In this document: piece by piece, positions 35,967 to 49,163 of the stretch
How positions within the stretch are numbered: the first letter of the stretch is position 1
Layout: every line of letters starts with the position of its first letter
Assembly (NCBI RefSeq): GCF_000143415.4
Contig: NW_003314354.1
Coordinates: forward strand, 410,575-474,574
DNA: 64,000 nucleotides
Direction of reading: 5' to 3'
Origin: Selaginella moellendorffii
Taxonomy: Eukaryota; Plantae; Lycopodiophyta
Notes under the pieces: generated by a model
What the model was told of the DNA's origin: nothing
Database searches by the model: none
What the model saw: only the letters and a program-made list of their open reading frames with translations
Translations under genes and position numbers: made by a program

Positions 35967-36377
35967 TTAAAGTTTTCTATGAAGACCACCTCCTCCAGAT
36001 ATATCTCCTCCAAGAAGTCCAGCACCACGAGCATCAGCACCCCCACCAGCACCACCACCAGCACCCCCACCAGCACCACCACCAGCACCACCACCAACGC
36101 CACCACCACCAACGCCACCAGTGCCACCACCAGCACCACCATCACCAACAGCACCAGTACCACCACCAGCACCCCCACCACCACCACCACTCCCATCATC
36201 ACCAGGACATAAATTTGTATCCATATCAGGATCATCTTTACAAATGCCATCAAAACAAGCAATATCCCCTTTACACTCATTATGACTTGAACAAGATTCA
36301 CCACATGTTTTAAGTCTTGCTTCTACAGCTAGAATTAAACTTATAAATGCAAAGAATAAAACATAACTATAAGCCAT
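35967..36377 (-). CDS. Secreted kiwellin-like peptide (kissper domain only) with Gly-rich tail, copy 1
   Basis: Signal peptide plus CGESCSSHNECKGDIACFDGICKDDPDMDTNLC (6-Cys kissper pattern with C-x-D-D-P), then poly-G/A, then stop. Confidence 0.78.
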   Translation of the reverse strand: MAYSYVLFFAFISLILAVEARLKTCGESCSSHNECKGDIACFDGICKDDPDMDTNLCPGDDGSGGGGGGAGGGTGAVGDGGAGGGTGGVGGGGVGGGAGGGAGGGAGGGAGGGADARGAGLLGGDISGGGGLHRKL

Positions 36378-37579
36378 ATTTAATCAAGAGAAAATTTCAG
36401 ATTGTGTTATGAATCAAAACATCCTTCTTTTATACTACAACTAATTGTTAGTCCTCTTTACATTTCCTTAATATTATGTTGACACTTGGCTTCAAATAGA
36501 ACTTTGCATAGCTTCATGGCATGTGCCTTAAAATTGAAGTTTATAATTCTCTAATATATAAAATACAGCTGGATAAACACCAAATGGCTCATTATTATAA
36601 TATAATATTAGAAATATAAAACCTTTAGTATTACATGGCATAATGTCATGCATGGTCTACCCAAAGATGGATCACTTTACCCCTACCAGTCCATGGAGTG
36701 CACTCTCGAGTCTGATGGTCTCCAGCAATCCACAACAAGGGCAAGAAGCTATGGGAGATCAATGCGGACAAGCACGGCTACTGCCATAGTGTCTATTGGG
36801 TCCATGGTGATATGTACCATATGAGAACTCTCATTACCAGTTTCTTGGAAGGTGAGTGATAGAAAAATTTTCATGGCATTATTGACCAATGGAGATAGAA
36901 TCTTCTTTAGACCAATGCCTAGATATTGTTTGTTACCCTTTATTTTATAACTTTTAAATACACCTGACCACCAACAGCCAAATGTTTAGAAAAATACTTA
37001 AATTTATCTTGCTGCAGAGCTTTGCCTAATCCAATTGATAGATTTATGGCAGCAGCGAGGAAGGCACTGATGAGCTAAGTGCCAAGCGAATAAGATTCTA
37101 GAAGATTTCTTCTAGGGTTTCATCGTCCGCCTTTGCTAGATGAGGAGCTGTGTCTTTTGCCCGATCATTGCCCTGTTCCTAGATTCCATACAAGCATTGT
37201 CTTCAGGCAAGTTGCACTCTTCCATTTTGAACACAAAGAGCCCAAAGAATACTTCCAAGTCCATCTTTGGTGTAGGTGTTGCTACTTGCTCCATAGCCTG
37301 CTAGAGAGGTTCCTCCTAGGATGAGCCAAAAACCATTATACTGCAATGAGAGTTGCACTCAAGAAGCAATAGGATGAAAATTGTACCTTTGCCATTAGTA
37401 GCTCAATAGCACATTACCATAACCAAAATGACACACCACCCAATGCACACCACTCAGTGCCAATTTTCTTGTGGTGTGCACTTGAAACTCAAAATTGCAG
37501 GTCAAAGGTGGCTGAGTAGATAGGGATTTGGAATTATGTCATGTATTTGTTAGTCTACTTAAGAATTTCAGCCTAGACT

Positions 37580-40500
37580 GTATTCATAGTGTAAAAGTGT
37601 TGATCATATGGTATAAGATTGCCTTGAAGGGGAGTTGCAAGCATTTGAACATGAAGTTGTTTAGGTGATTTACACCTTGAGAGAGCAACATAAAGTTGAC
37701 AATATGTAAAAATAGATTGGGGGAGGTAAATGCCAATAGGGTCAAAAGTTTGGCTTTGGGCTTTAGAAATAGTTAAGCAATAACCTAGACAAATTGGGAA
37801 TTGTCATCGGGACATCTTAAAAGGGATTTTAACATCAGAAGATGTAAGGGTAATATGTGGAATAAAAACTTGCAATCCCTTGAATTGTCCTGTGATAATT
37901 TCACAATCTAAAATGTTTTGAGATGCTTGCTTGAGAATGAGGTGAGTGCCATTGCATAAACCAATTTGTGGAGATATGTTCCTAAGAAGAATCAAAATCA
38001 CATTTTGTTTTAGAATTAATTTGTGTGGTGGGGTGATTGAATTTAAAATTTTAATTGGGAACTCTTCAGGGTGAACAATTAATAGTTTTGCTAGAAAAAC
38101 CATTAAACAACCAAATATTCTTATATAGGAGGAAATTAATATGGTCCATATGCATGCTTTCTTTACAGTTGATAAATGTTTAAAGCATCTCAAATGTAAT
38201 TCTAAACCATTTGGAGGTGTTACAGTGATTACAAGTGGTGACTTTCATCAAACTCTTTTTGTTTTTCCCTATGGCTATCAAACTTCTATTATTTCAAACT
38301 TATTTAAAATGAATAAACTATAGTCACTCTTTACAACACTAACACTAATAAAGAACATGCATTTAAGTAATCTTTGTTTTTCTGAATGGCTTGTCAAACT
38401 TGGCAATGGTGATAGTAGTTTGTAGTTACCATGTCTCCCACCAAATATTATCAAAATACCACATGCACTATCTATCTCTACACCTATTGTAAACTTTGTT
38501 TTCCCAAATACAAATGACATTATAAAAACTTACACAGCTACATCAAAGGTTATTCTCACCCCACTCAATGATGACACATTCAAAATAAATAATGACATTG
38601 TTGGAAGACTATCAAGTGCTCCATATATTTACTTGAGCATTGACATGGTTGACTTTAAAGTAGAGATAGAAGTTTTATTTAAAGGAACAAGAAGTTTAAA
38701 AGTTGTATGTGCTATTTGACCATATTTTAGCAAAATACTTGCAATTTCAGTCCATGCCATACTTATTACTTTTTATTTTTTTAATTGTCATACTATAATG
38801 ATGGTATTAAGTAGAAAAGTTTTCCCAGTACCATCAGGTCCATCAATAAAGAAACATTGATACTGGTTAGTGTCAATGGCATTCATAATAAACTCAAAAA
38901 TATAACATTATTCATAACTAAATTTATTTATGTTTGCATTGATTTGGTCTTGTGATGGATCAGGGAGCATGTGTTCGATAATGGGAGTAAGAGTTGAAAG
39001 TGGTAAACCAAAATCACAATTACATTTATTGTGTAGTTGGAATTTTGAGTTAATATTAAGTAAAGTAATATCAAAATAGTTTATATCATTTCTAGCATAA
39101 TCCTCAGACAATTTTGAATTGATCCCATAATGGATTTGGATCTTTTGGTGAACAATACAAATAAATAAAAACAAATAACTATCTTAATTGAGATGGCATT
39201 TTAAAAGTAAAAGCTTTATATATGCAATGTTGCCATTTGCTAAAAGTCCTATTGCCATAACTGCTTGTTTAAAAGAAGATAAAATAACACCTTTAACAAT
39301 ACATATATCCTCAAATGATATAGCACCTTTTTTATGGAACAATATAAGCCATAAGTGGTATAACTCATTATTAGAAGGAGATATGAAATACATTTTTGGT
39401 ATGAGTTTAGCTTTTTATTGACGTAATTGCTATTTATGAAAGGATTTGTTGTATGTAAATCCCTAGGCCCCAAAGTGGAGCCAAAAGGGTGCCACGTGGT
39501 AGTGGCCGAAGCGAAAGCCAAACAAGCGTAACACGTTTGGACTAAAAGCTACTTGAAAAGGTCGAGAGAGGGAGTGGAACTCCTAACGAAGTGCTCGAGG
39601 AACAAGCATGAAGTGAGCAATGAGTGAGTCTTTAAAAAAGGGACACAAGAGGACCAAAACATGACACGTGGAAATGTCCGAGATAGACCCGAGATGAAGT
39701 CTGAGATGGAGTCTGAGATGGAGTCCGAGATGGAGTCCGAGATGGACCTAAGATGGAGTCCGAGATGGACTTGAGATGGAGTTCAAGATGGACTTGAGAT
39801 GGACCTGAGATGGAGTCTAAGATGGACCTGAGATGGACCTAAGGTGGACCTAAGATGGATCTGAGATGGAGTTCGAGATGGAACCAGGACCGAGACCAAG
39901 ACCGAGACCGAGACCGAGTCCGAGTCTGAGACCGGGACCAAGACTAACTCCGAGTCTGAGTCTGAGTCCGAATACTAATACAGGTAGTTGGGTGAAAGCC
40001 CAAAGCAATCATCCTTTTAGAGGGGGGCTGCAGGGGGGTTCCAAAAGTATAGTAGGGAGAGTGTGGGGGTTGGAGCCCAGTGGAGCTAATTTGGCCCAGG
40101 ATGGCTGTACCCAAGTGTTGGGTGATGAGTTGACTATTGGGAAGTCCAAGATTAGAATGAATACAGACCGACAAGTGGGGTAGCTTAGTGAAGTATTCAA
40201 GAGCTAGCTCTAGTTCCCCCAGGAGATCAAATGGTCGATGCTCCCAATCCAAGTATGGGTGGCACTACCTACTTAGGTACCTGGCGTGGCTCAATAGAAC
40301 CTTGCTCTAAGCCTATGGCTAGAGCACCCAAAAGCGTAAGGCGGGAAGAGTACTCACTAGGCTTGTGTAGGGCCACGGTGTTCAAAAATGTTATCCCAAA
40401 AGCCTAGATTGTAGAAAGGAAGAGAAGCAGTCCTTTGGTGTAGCGACCAAGGATACAGTTGTATGGTGAGGAAGTCCCAAAAGACTGTGAGACTTAGTGG

Positions 40501-41378
40501 TTGGGCCTGTGGGCTTTGATCCAGTAACAGTGTTGGCAAACACGGCCATGGATAGAAAGGGACTTGGTGGGGACCGGAAAAGGGATATTGGGGAAAGCTA
40601 TTCCCTATGTTTGTGAACTTCCTAAGGGTGTTAAGGAGTGGATCTCAGATGATCATTCATGGACGAATGACCCAATCTTTGAGAGATGGGACTGTGATAT
40701 TTGTGGTGTTGGACCACCGATATGACCAAGGTGAATAGGCATGGCCTTAGCGTAATAGACTTGTATGTTGGTGGTACTTTGAGGTGTCGGTCATGGGATT
40801 GGACACGTGGAGCACTTGGACAAGGTGCAAAGGTTGAGTGGCATGGATGCCATCCTCAGGGCTAGCAAGCCCCAAGTCCTAGATTGGACTTATGGAGGTT
40901 GTGAATTAGACTCCTCTAAGTGGTCAGAGGTGTAGTTAAGTGACTAAAGTAGAATGGAAAAAGTAATTACTTACAGTAGTGTAATGGAATTTGAGCATAT
41001 ATATATTTCCTTGCATTAGTATCTTGTATGTTTAAATTGAATCATTGTGTAAGCATTGTTCCATTTTGAGTGGCTCGTTCTGCTGCTTTTTATTCATGAC
41101 TTAGTATGAAATAAATGTTTTGAAAATTAGGTAAATAAATTGGAAAGCGTATAATAGTTAGTGATTTATCATGCATATGAAACTTAAATATATGCCACAT
41201 AGCTTCAAAAGCAGAAATATATTGAGCATCGACAAAACTTGAATTTTGTCCCAATTTAAAGTTCCTCATTCTTCAGATGTAATTAGGAATTCTAATGTTG
41301 CACAGTCATAACCTTTATATACATATTAAAATAAATATTTAATGGTTTTAATAGAAGTGCACATCTTTATATTGATAT
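37580..41378 (-). mobile_element. Helitron Rep/Pif1-helicase remnant, copy 1 (continues at 49164-49493)
   Basis: PPHKLILK..LLRN..GLCNGT, QFPICLGY, LYVALSR, FIDGPDGTGKT, KPFGG..SGDFHQTL. Many stops; interrupted by two LTR insertions and an inversion. Confidence 0.88.
39457..40975 (+). mobile_element. Old, 5'-truncated solo LTR related to the 41-49 kb element
   Basis: Diverged collinear match to LTR 41379-43263, ending in TTACA. Absent from the duplicate (empty site ~54260-54275). Confidence 0.85.
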
Positions 41379-44300
41379 TGTGAGACACAAAATCCCTAGG
41401 CCCCAAAGTGGAGCCGGAAGGGCGCCACATGGTAGTGGCCGACGCGAGAGCCAAACGAGCGTAACACGTTTGGATCAAAAGCTCCGACTTGAAAAGTCAA
41501 GAGCGGGAGTGGAACTCCCAACGAAGTGCTCGAGGAACGAGCACGAAGCGAGCAAAAGGTGAGGCTCCAAAAAGGGACCCAAAAGGACCAACACATGACA
41601 CGTGGGAGTGTCCGAGATGGACTCTAGTTGGAGTCCGAAATGGAGTCCGAGATGGAGTCCGAAGTGGAGTCTGAGGTGGACCCGAGATGGACCCGAGTTG
41701 GAGTCCGAAGTGGAGTCCGAGATGGACCCGAGATGGAGTCCGAGATGGAGTCCGAAGTGGAGTCCGAGGTGGATCCGAGATGGACCCGAGTTGGAGTCCG
41801 AAGTGGAGTCCGAGATGGACCCGAGATGGAGTCCGAGATGGAGTCCGAAGTGGAGTCCGAGATGGATCCGAGATGGACCCGAGTTGGAGTCCGAAGTGGA
41901 GTCCGAGATGGACCCGAGATGGAGTCCGAGATGGAGTCCGAGGTGGACCCGAGATGGACCCGAAATGGAGTCCGAGATGGAGTCCGAGATGGACACGAGA
42001 TGGAGTCCGAGATGGAGTCCGAGCTGGACCCGAGATGGACCCGAGATGGAGTCCGAGATGGAGTCCGAGATGGAGTCCGAAGTCGAGACCGAGACCGGGA
42101 CCGAGACCGGGACCGAGACCGGGACCGAGACCGAGACCGAGACCGAGATCGGGACTGAGACCGAGACCGAGGCCGAGGCCGAGACCGAGCCCGAGCCCGA
42201 GTCCGAGTCCGAGTCCGAGTCCGAGTCCGAGTCCGAGTCCGAGTCCGAGTCCGAGTCCGGAGCCTGAGAGGGTGAAAGCCCAAAGCGTTCGTCTCCCAGA
42301 CCCTGGGGGGTTTGGTGAGCTCCAAAAGTATAGTAGGGGGAGGACTGCAGTGGAGCCAGTTTGGCCAGGAAAGGCCAGTTTGGCCCAGAAAGGCCGGACC
42401 CAGTGTTGGGTGATGAGCTGCCCACTGGGAAGTCCAAGACTAGAGTGAACACGGACCGACAAGCGGGGTAGCTTGGTGAAGTGTTCAAGAGCCGGCTCTA
42501 GTTCCCCCGGGAGATCGACTGGCCGATGCTCCCAGTCCAAGTGTGGGTGGCACTACCTACTTGGATACCAAGTGTGGCTCAATGGAACCTCGCTCTAAGC
42601 CCATGGCTAGAGCACCTAAAGGCGATAGGTGGGGAGAGTACCCAGGTGGCTCGCGTAAGGCGACGGTGTTCCGAAATGTTGTCCCAAAGGCCCAGACTGT
42701 GGAAAGGAAGAGGAGCAGTCCTCTGGGGTAGTGACCAAGGACACAGTCATGTGGTGAGGAAGTCCCAGAGGACCGTGGGACTTAGTGGTCGGGCCTGTGG
42801 GCCTCGATCCAGTGGCAGTGTTGGCAAACACGGCCAGGGGCAGAAAGGGACTTGGTAGGAACTGACAAAGGGACTTTGGGGAAGGCAATTCCCCAGGTCT
42901 GTGGGCATCCTAAGGATGCTAAGGAGTGGATCTAGGATGACCACTCGTGGACACATGGCCCAGTCTTGGAGAGACGAGGTGGTGATGCAAGTGGTGTTGA
43001 ACCACTGGTGCAGCAAAGGTGAATGGGCATGGCCTTAGCGTAACGGGCCGAGATGTCAGTGGTACCTTTGGGTGTCGGTCTCGGGACCGGACACGTGGAG
43101 CACTTGGACCAGGTGCAAGTGTGGAGTGGCATGGATGCCATTCTTGGGGCTAGCAAGTCCCAAGTCCTGAATTGGACTGATGGAGGTTGTGAATGAGACT
43201 CCTCCAAGTGGTCGGAGGTGTGGTTAAGTGACTAAAGTAGAATGGAAAATTTAGTCGCTTACAACTTGGTATCGGAGCTGTTCCTTAGTCTGACTTTTAT
43301 TGGTGCTCAAGTATATCACCACTGGTGTTTGTAATGGAAGGTCCGAGAAGTGGGCCTATCCTTGAGGAGTAGCAGGTCGGGAAGACATGGCTCTCCATTA
43401 CAGTTCATGTGTGAACTTGTAGACAAGGTGGTGGATAGAAAAGGGGCCAATAATGGAACGACTTTGGGATCTTGGGAACAGTGCAAGGTTTTCCTCATTG
43501 AGTTGAGGAGGTGATCCAGATGAGCGTTTGACTCAGCAAACGGGCTAATGTAGTTGGGGTAAACAACTATAGTTGGGATCACGGGGAAGATAGAGACTCC
43601 AAAAATAATAAAGGAGTCACAAGTTTATCCTCACATGGTGGAGGCTGGTGCTCATGAAGGTGAGACCGGAATTGATGACCGTGAGAGGTCAAGTATGGAT
43701 GAGGACACGAGTCCTCGAAATGGTAGCCGGGGCTACCTCTAATAAATCCTGGAACAACCCAAGGAGTTGGGGGTGTATTAAGTGGATGAGTTGGTATTCT
43801 CATCACATGGACAAGTAGTCCTAAGGGGCAAAGTTTGACCCCAGAGAACAAAATCAAGTGTCGGAGTAACACTTGTGAAAATAGTCCTTTTGAGTAGGAC
43901 AGGAATGCAAGAAGTGTATTCCGGTGAGCTAGTGCCTCACAAGTAGGACCTTACGGGTCGGTGGATTAACCAAGTCCAAAACTGCTAGACGACTCAAGTA
44001 GAGTCAAGGGATGGTCCTAAAAGGACTGATAGAAGCATTTGGACTGAGGTGCGTTGTACCCCACAAAGGATGGGGGGGGATCATAGGATCCAAGGATGAG
44101 AACAAAGAGTATCTCATCAATGGCAAAATGTGCCATGCTAAAGTTATGGGAAAGGTGTTCCCAGAAGAAAACAACTTTGACACAAAGTTGTGTGTGACCT
44201 CTATGGTGTAGTGCTAACGGATGGTTGGCATGAGAAAGAGCGGTGTTGGTCTTGGCAAAGACTTAAACACGAAGGGGAAGTATCATAGAGGTAGGCTCGT

Positions 44301-47300
44301 GGAGCTGATGGTGTGGAGACACCAAATGTGCCAAGGTGTGATACCTTGAAGCTATGTTGGTGGGTTCATGAGAACCCCTTGCCAAAGGAATCCCAATGGA
44401 AATGGGAATGGCATAGCCTAAGCGGCAGAGCATGCAGTTGGAGTGCAGTGACCCAGATAATGATGGAGGTGTGCAAGCACCAAGCAATGAGTTGTAGGAC
44501 TTGACAACTATGAGGCAACTAAGCAAGAGGTGCAAAATAACTGGTTAAACGGGTAGAAGGTAGCTACCCAAGACTTCTAATATAGGGAAGTCGTATATAC
44601 CCTTACGGGGGATAAGCTGCTTATGTTGCAATATAGTAAGTCAATGTCATAAAAGGAAATACTCATTGTCAAGAAAGCCATCATTGGGACACCCAAACAC
44701 TCTAGAACACCAGAAGGTGGTGTTTGATGTCGCGAGGGCAATGGATAAAGCCCAAGGGACTAAGTCCCTAGCGAATGATGAATAGAAGGTGCTATCCAAA
44801 TGTCCAAGCTTGCGGAGACAGGAGAGGACTGTCTACCCAAGTTGGACAAAGCCAAAAATGGAATTTTGGCAAGGCTAGTGATGGGCATGTAAAGGCCCAT
44901 AAGCAACAATGTAATCCCAGTGTGTGGGATTATAAGCTGAGCATACCCGGATTGAGGAACCACTCCCTGGGCTATTGGGTAGGTTCATCCCTAAGAATAC
45001 TTGCTAAGGCATGATAGAAAGTGCAAAGCTATCCTCCTGGTCTGGAGGAGAATGACCGAAGGAAAGGTGTGAAGCCAAAGGCAAGTAGTATTGGGATGGA
45101 ATTGAACCATAGAAATCAAAGGACATATCCAACAGTGGTTATGAAAGTTGGGAGTGGAGAAGCAAGAGGGTGCTCGAGGATGTTGTTGCTAGCAACCGTG
45201 ATGCCATGGAGAGTCTAAAATATGGAATTGTCCATGTTAGACTATATGGCAACTATAAAGCTTGCGAAAGGGGAGGCCTTAGCAAGCTGAGGGACAGAGT
45301 TCCTTCAAGGTTCCCAAAGACGATTCTAGGTAGCGTAGTACCTAGAAAGGCCAAGTGTAAATGGTTTATGGAACGCGCGAAATCAGAGTGGCACAGCAGA
45401 AGCGTGGTCTTGAAGCTTGCCATGAGGCAAGGTTATCAAGGTTAGGGAAGTAGTTCCCGAGTGTTCAAAGAGAGGGCTTTGAACAAAAGTCGATGGTCAA
45501 GGACTTTCACGCTTATGCAGGAACCATGTTACAATGGTCGGAGGACTTGCCAAGTGAGATTGGCACATCGGGGGAACAAAGACCCTAGTTGAAGGTGATA
45601 ACTTCAAAAGGGGTGGGCCATGGGGCCGAGCATGGAGGAGTCCATGCATGATCACAGACATGTCAAGTGAGAGGACTTGGCAGTGTGGAGGAACTAGGTT
45701 CCTAAGCTGTGATCTGTAGCGCACTTTAAAAATAGGTTGGTGCACCGGCGTGGGGAGTCACGCCAGGCATCTAGTGTGATGCCGTCCGTAGATGCATATA
45801 CGGAGGTTGGGTTCGAGTCCCGACCCTTTAGTGCTTGGGTTCGAGTCCCAAATCACTAGGGCGTGGTGATGGTTTGGAATATGAGGACACTCATATTTCG
45901 GTGGTCATGGACTCTCAGTGGGGAGACTGGTTTGGGCACACCGCCAAGCGAGGGATGCCTCGGAGTCGTGATGCACGGTTAGATTGCTTAGTGTGAAAGC
46001 TCAGCATATCTAACTTGAACACTTTGGTGCAAGTGGCACCAAGGTCGTGGTGAGTGAGATGGGGACACCTAATCTCAGTTGCTATGAACCCTTGGCCGTA
46101 AGGGCTAGCTTGGGTGCACCGCCAAGTGTGGGGGATGCCCCCGGGGTTATAGTCAACAACTTGGAGGTCTAGAAAACCAAGTACCTCTTGGCAACTCTGT
46201 TAAGGTGCCAAGGTGAGATCACTAGGTGATCTTATGGCCAGAAAAGGACAAGGTCCTTGGTTGGCTAAGGAATGAAGTTCCTGGTTCAAAATGTTGAAAT
46301 TGAACTGTTTAAGGTGGTGTGGCTTGGTCGTGATAACCAAGTGGGAAGAGCACCTAAGGGAAATAAACTATGTCCGTGCGATGGCATAGTGAGTCCGAGG
46401 AAAGTAGTCTCTATAAAAGACCCATGGGAGGGTCACGAAGTTGGGCCGTGGATAGAGCCCATAGCAGAAGATGCTAAAGAGACGTACTAGGGGTGAACAT
46501 CCTCCGGACTTGGCAAAGAAGAGTCTTTGCTATGGAACCGAAACAATACCTCAAGGAGGGAGGTAGAGATTCGATGTTGCTTGGTGCAACAATCAACGGA
46601 TAGGAGCAAAAGATGAGTGGCCAAGATAGGGCCGTGGAATCCCTTGGAAGGAATCCAAGTGACAAAGTTAGGCGAGGAACACTAATGTGTTGGACGCTAA
46701 CAAGTTGCGGGAAAGGAAGTGTGTTTCCAAGGAGGGATTCCGAATTGCTCCGATTTGGCGAAAGTGGAAGCTCCAAGGGAGGGAGCGGTAAGGTAGCCAA
46801 ATGATAGGGCGATGGACAACCCTAGCACAAAGTGTGATAAATGGAACTTAGTGCCCAAGGTAACACGAAATAGAAGAGAGGATGATGGTGCCCTCAAGTA
46901 ATGAACTCAATAGGATAGGGAAGTGGAGTCGCACAATCTATGCAATGCAAGGTGTTGGAGACACCTAGGAAATTGACTCCAAGAAGTCAAAATTCAAAGT
47001 TCCAAAGTGCAAAGGTTATATCGATGGAAATTGAGACTACTCAAGAAGGAGTAGTGGCATTGACTTAGAGAAGGGTCTCTAAGAGGTTTAGCGAGAACTA
47101 AACCAATAAAAGGAGAGAACCATTACATGTGGTCCAATCAGTCTCTAAGTTGGAGAGACTACGCTCCTTAAAGGATGGACAAGGCATGGTGAGCCTTTGA
47201 TGTCAAACCATAGACAAAGATTGGCTAGGTGCCAAGGATGGAAATGGTAACACGTGTGGGTGTTACTTTATGAAAGGGTTTACCGTTCGATGAGGACATC

Positions 47301-49163
47301 GAACTTCGTCTATGGGTGGTGGAGTTGTGAGACACAAAATCCCTAGGCCCCAAAGTGGAGCCGGAAGGGCACCACATGGTAGTGGCCGAAGCGAGAGCCA
47401 AACGAGCGTAACACGTTTGGACCAAAAGCTCCGACTTGAAAAGTCAAGAGCGGGAGTGGAACTCCCAACGAAGTGCTCGAGGAACGAGCACGAAGCGAGC
47501 AAAAGGTGAGGCTCCAAAAAGGGACCCAAAAGGACCAACACATGACACGTGGGAGTGTCCGAGATGGACTCTAGTTGGAGTCCGAAATGGAGTCCGAGAT
47601 GGAGTCCGAAGTGGAGTCTGAGGTGGACCCGAGATGGACCCGAGTTGGAGTCCGAAGTGGAGTCCGAGATGGACCCGAGATGGAGTCCGAGATGGAGTCC
47701 GAAGTGGAGTCCGAGGTGGATCCGAGATGGACCCGAGTTGGAGTCCGAAGTGGAGTCCGAGATGGACCCGAGATGGAGCCCGAGATGGAGTCCGAAGTGG
47801 AGTCCGAGATGGATCCGAGATGGACCCGAGTTGGAGTCCGAGGTGGACCCGAGATGGACCCGAAATGGAGTCCGAGATGGAGTCCGAGATGGACACGAGA
47901 TGGAGTCCGAGATGGAGTCCGAGCTGGACCCGAGATGGACCCGAGATGGAGTCCGAGATGGAGTCCGAGATGGAGTCCGAAGTCGAGACCGAGACCGGGA
48001 CCGAGACCGGGACCGAGACCGGGACCGAGACCGAGACCGAGACCGAGATCGGGACTGAGACCGAGACCGAGGCCGAGGCCGAGACCGAGCCCGAGCCCGA
48101 GTCCGAGTCCGAGTCCGAGTCCGAGTCCGAGTCCGAGTCCGAGTCCGAGTCCGAGTCCGGAGCCTGAGAGGGTGAAAGCCCAAAGCGTTCGTCTCCCAGA
48201 CCCTGGGGGGTTTGGTGAGCTCCAAAAGTATAGTAGGGGGAGGACTGCAGTGGAGCCAGTTTGGCCAGGAAAGGCCAGTTTGGCCCAGGAAGGCCGGACC
48301 CAGTGTTGGGTGATGAGCTGCCCACTGGGAAGTCCAAGACTAGAGTGAACACGGACCGACAAGCGGGGTAGCTTGGTGAAGTGTTCAAGAGCCGGCTCTA
48401 GTTCCCCCGGGAGATCGACTGGCCGATGCTCCCAGTCCAAGTGTGGGTGGCACTACCTACTTGGATACCAGGCGTGGCTCAACGGAACCTCGCTCTAAGC
48501 CCATGGCTAGAGCACCTAAAGGCGATAGGTGGGGAGAGTACCCAGGTGGCTCGCGTAAGGCCACGGTGTTCCGAAATGTTGTCCCAAAGGCCCAGACTGT
48601 GGAAAGGAAGAGGAGCAGTCCTCTGGGGTAGTGACCAAGGACACAGTCATGTGGTGAGGAAGTCCCAGAGGACCGTGGGACTTAGTGGTCGGGCCTGTGG
48701 GCCTCGATCCAGTGGCAGTGTTGGCAAACACGGCCAGGGGCAGAAAGGGACTTGGTAGGAACTGACAAAGGGACTTTGGGGAAGGCAATTCCCCAGGTCT
48801 GTGGGCATCCTAAGGATGCTAAGGAGTGGATCTAGGATGACCACTCGTGGACACATGGCCCAGTCTTGGAGAGACGAGGTGGTGATGCAAGTGGTGTTGA
48901 ACCACTGGTGCAGCAAAGGTGAATGGGCATGGCCTTAGCGTAACGGGCCGAGATGTCAGTGGTACCTTTGGGTGTCGGTCTCGGGACCGGACACGTGGAG
49001 CACTTGGACCAGGTGCAAGTGTGGAGTGGCATGGATGCCATTCTTGGGGCTAGCAAGTCCCAAGTCCTGAATTGGACTGATGGAGGTTGTGAATGAGACT
49101 CCTCCAAGTGGTCGGAGGTGTGGTTAAGTGACTAAAGTAGAATGGAAAATTTAGTCGCTTACA
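41379..49163 (+). mobile_element. Non-autonomous LTR retrotransposon (LARD-like)
   Basis: TG..CA LTRs at 41379-43263 and 47326-49163. TSD GATAT, with the empty site at ~54649. PBS TGGTATCGGAGC at 43267; PPT at 47311-47325. The 4-kb internal region has no long ORF or recognisable RT/IN motifs. Confidence 0.92.
41610..42260. repeat. Minisatellite in LTR (GAGATGGAGTCC / GAGATGGACCC / (GAGACC)n / (GAGTCC)n); also at 47557-48160 and 39680-39970
   Basis: Visible directly; produces the spurious repetitive ORFs in all six frames. Confidence 0.95.

Noticed and set aside
35831-36313. His/Gln-rich, Thr-rich and Val-rich ORFs (also 50674-51156)
   Set aside because: Alternative or antisense frames of the Gly-rich kiwellin-like gene.
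41475-48440. Long repetitive ORFs (DSDS/GLGL/RTRT/ESEM) in all frames
   Set aside because: Artefacts of the stop-free LTR minisatellite.
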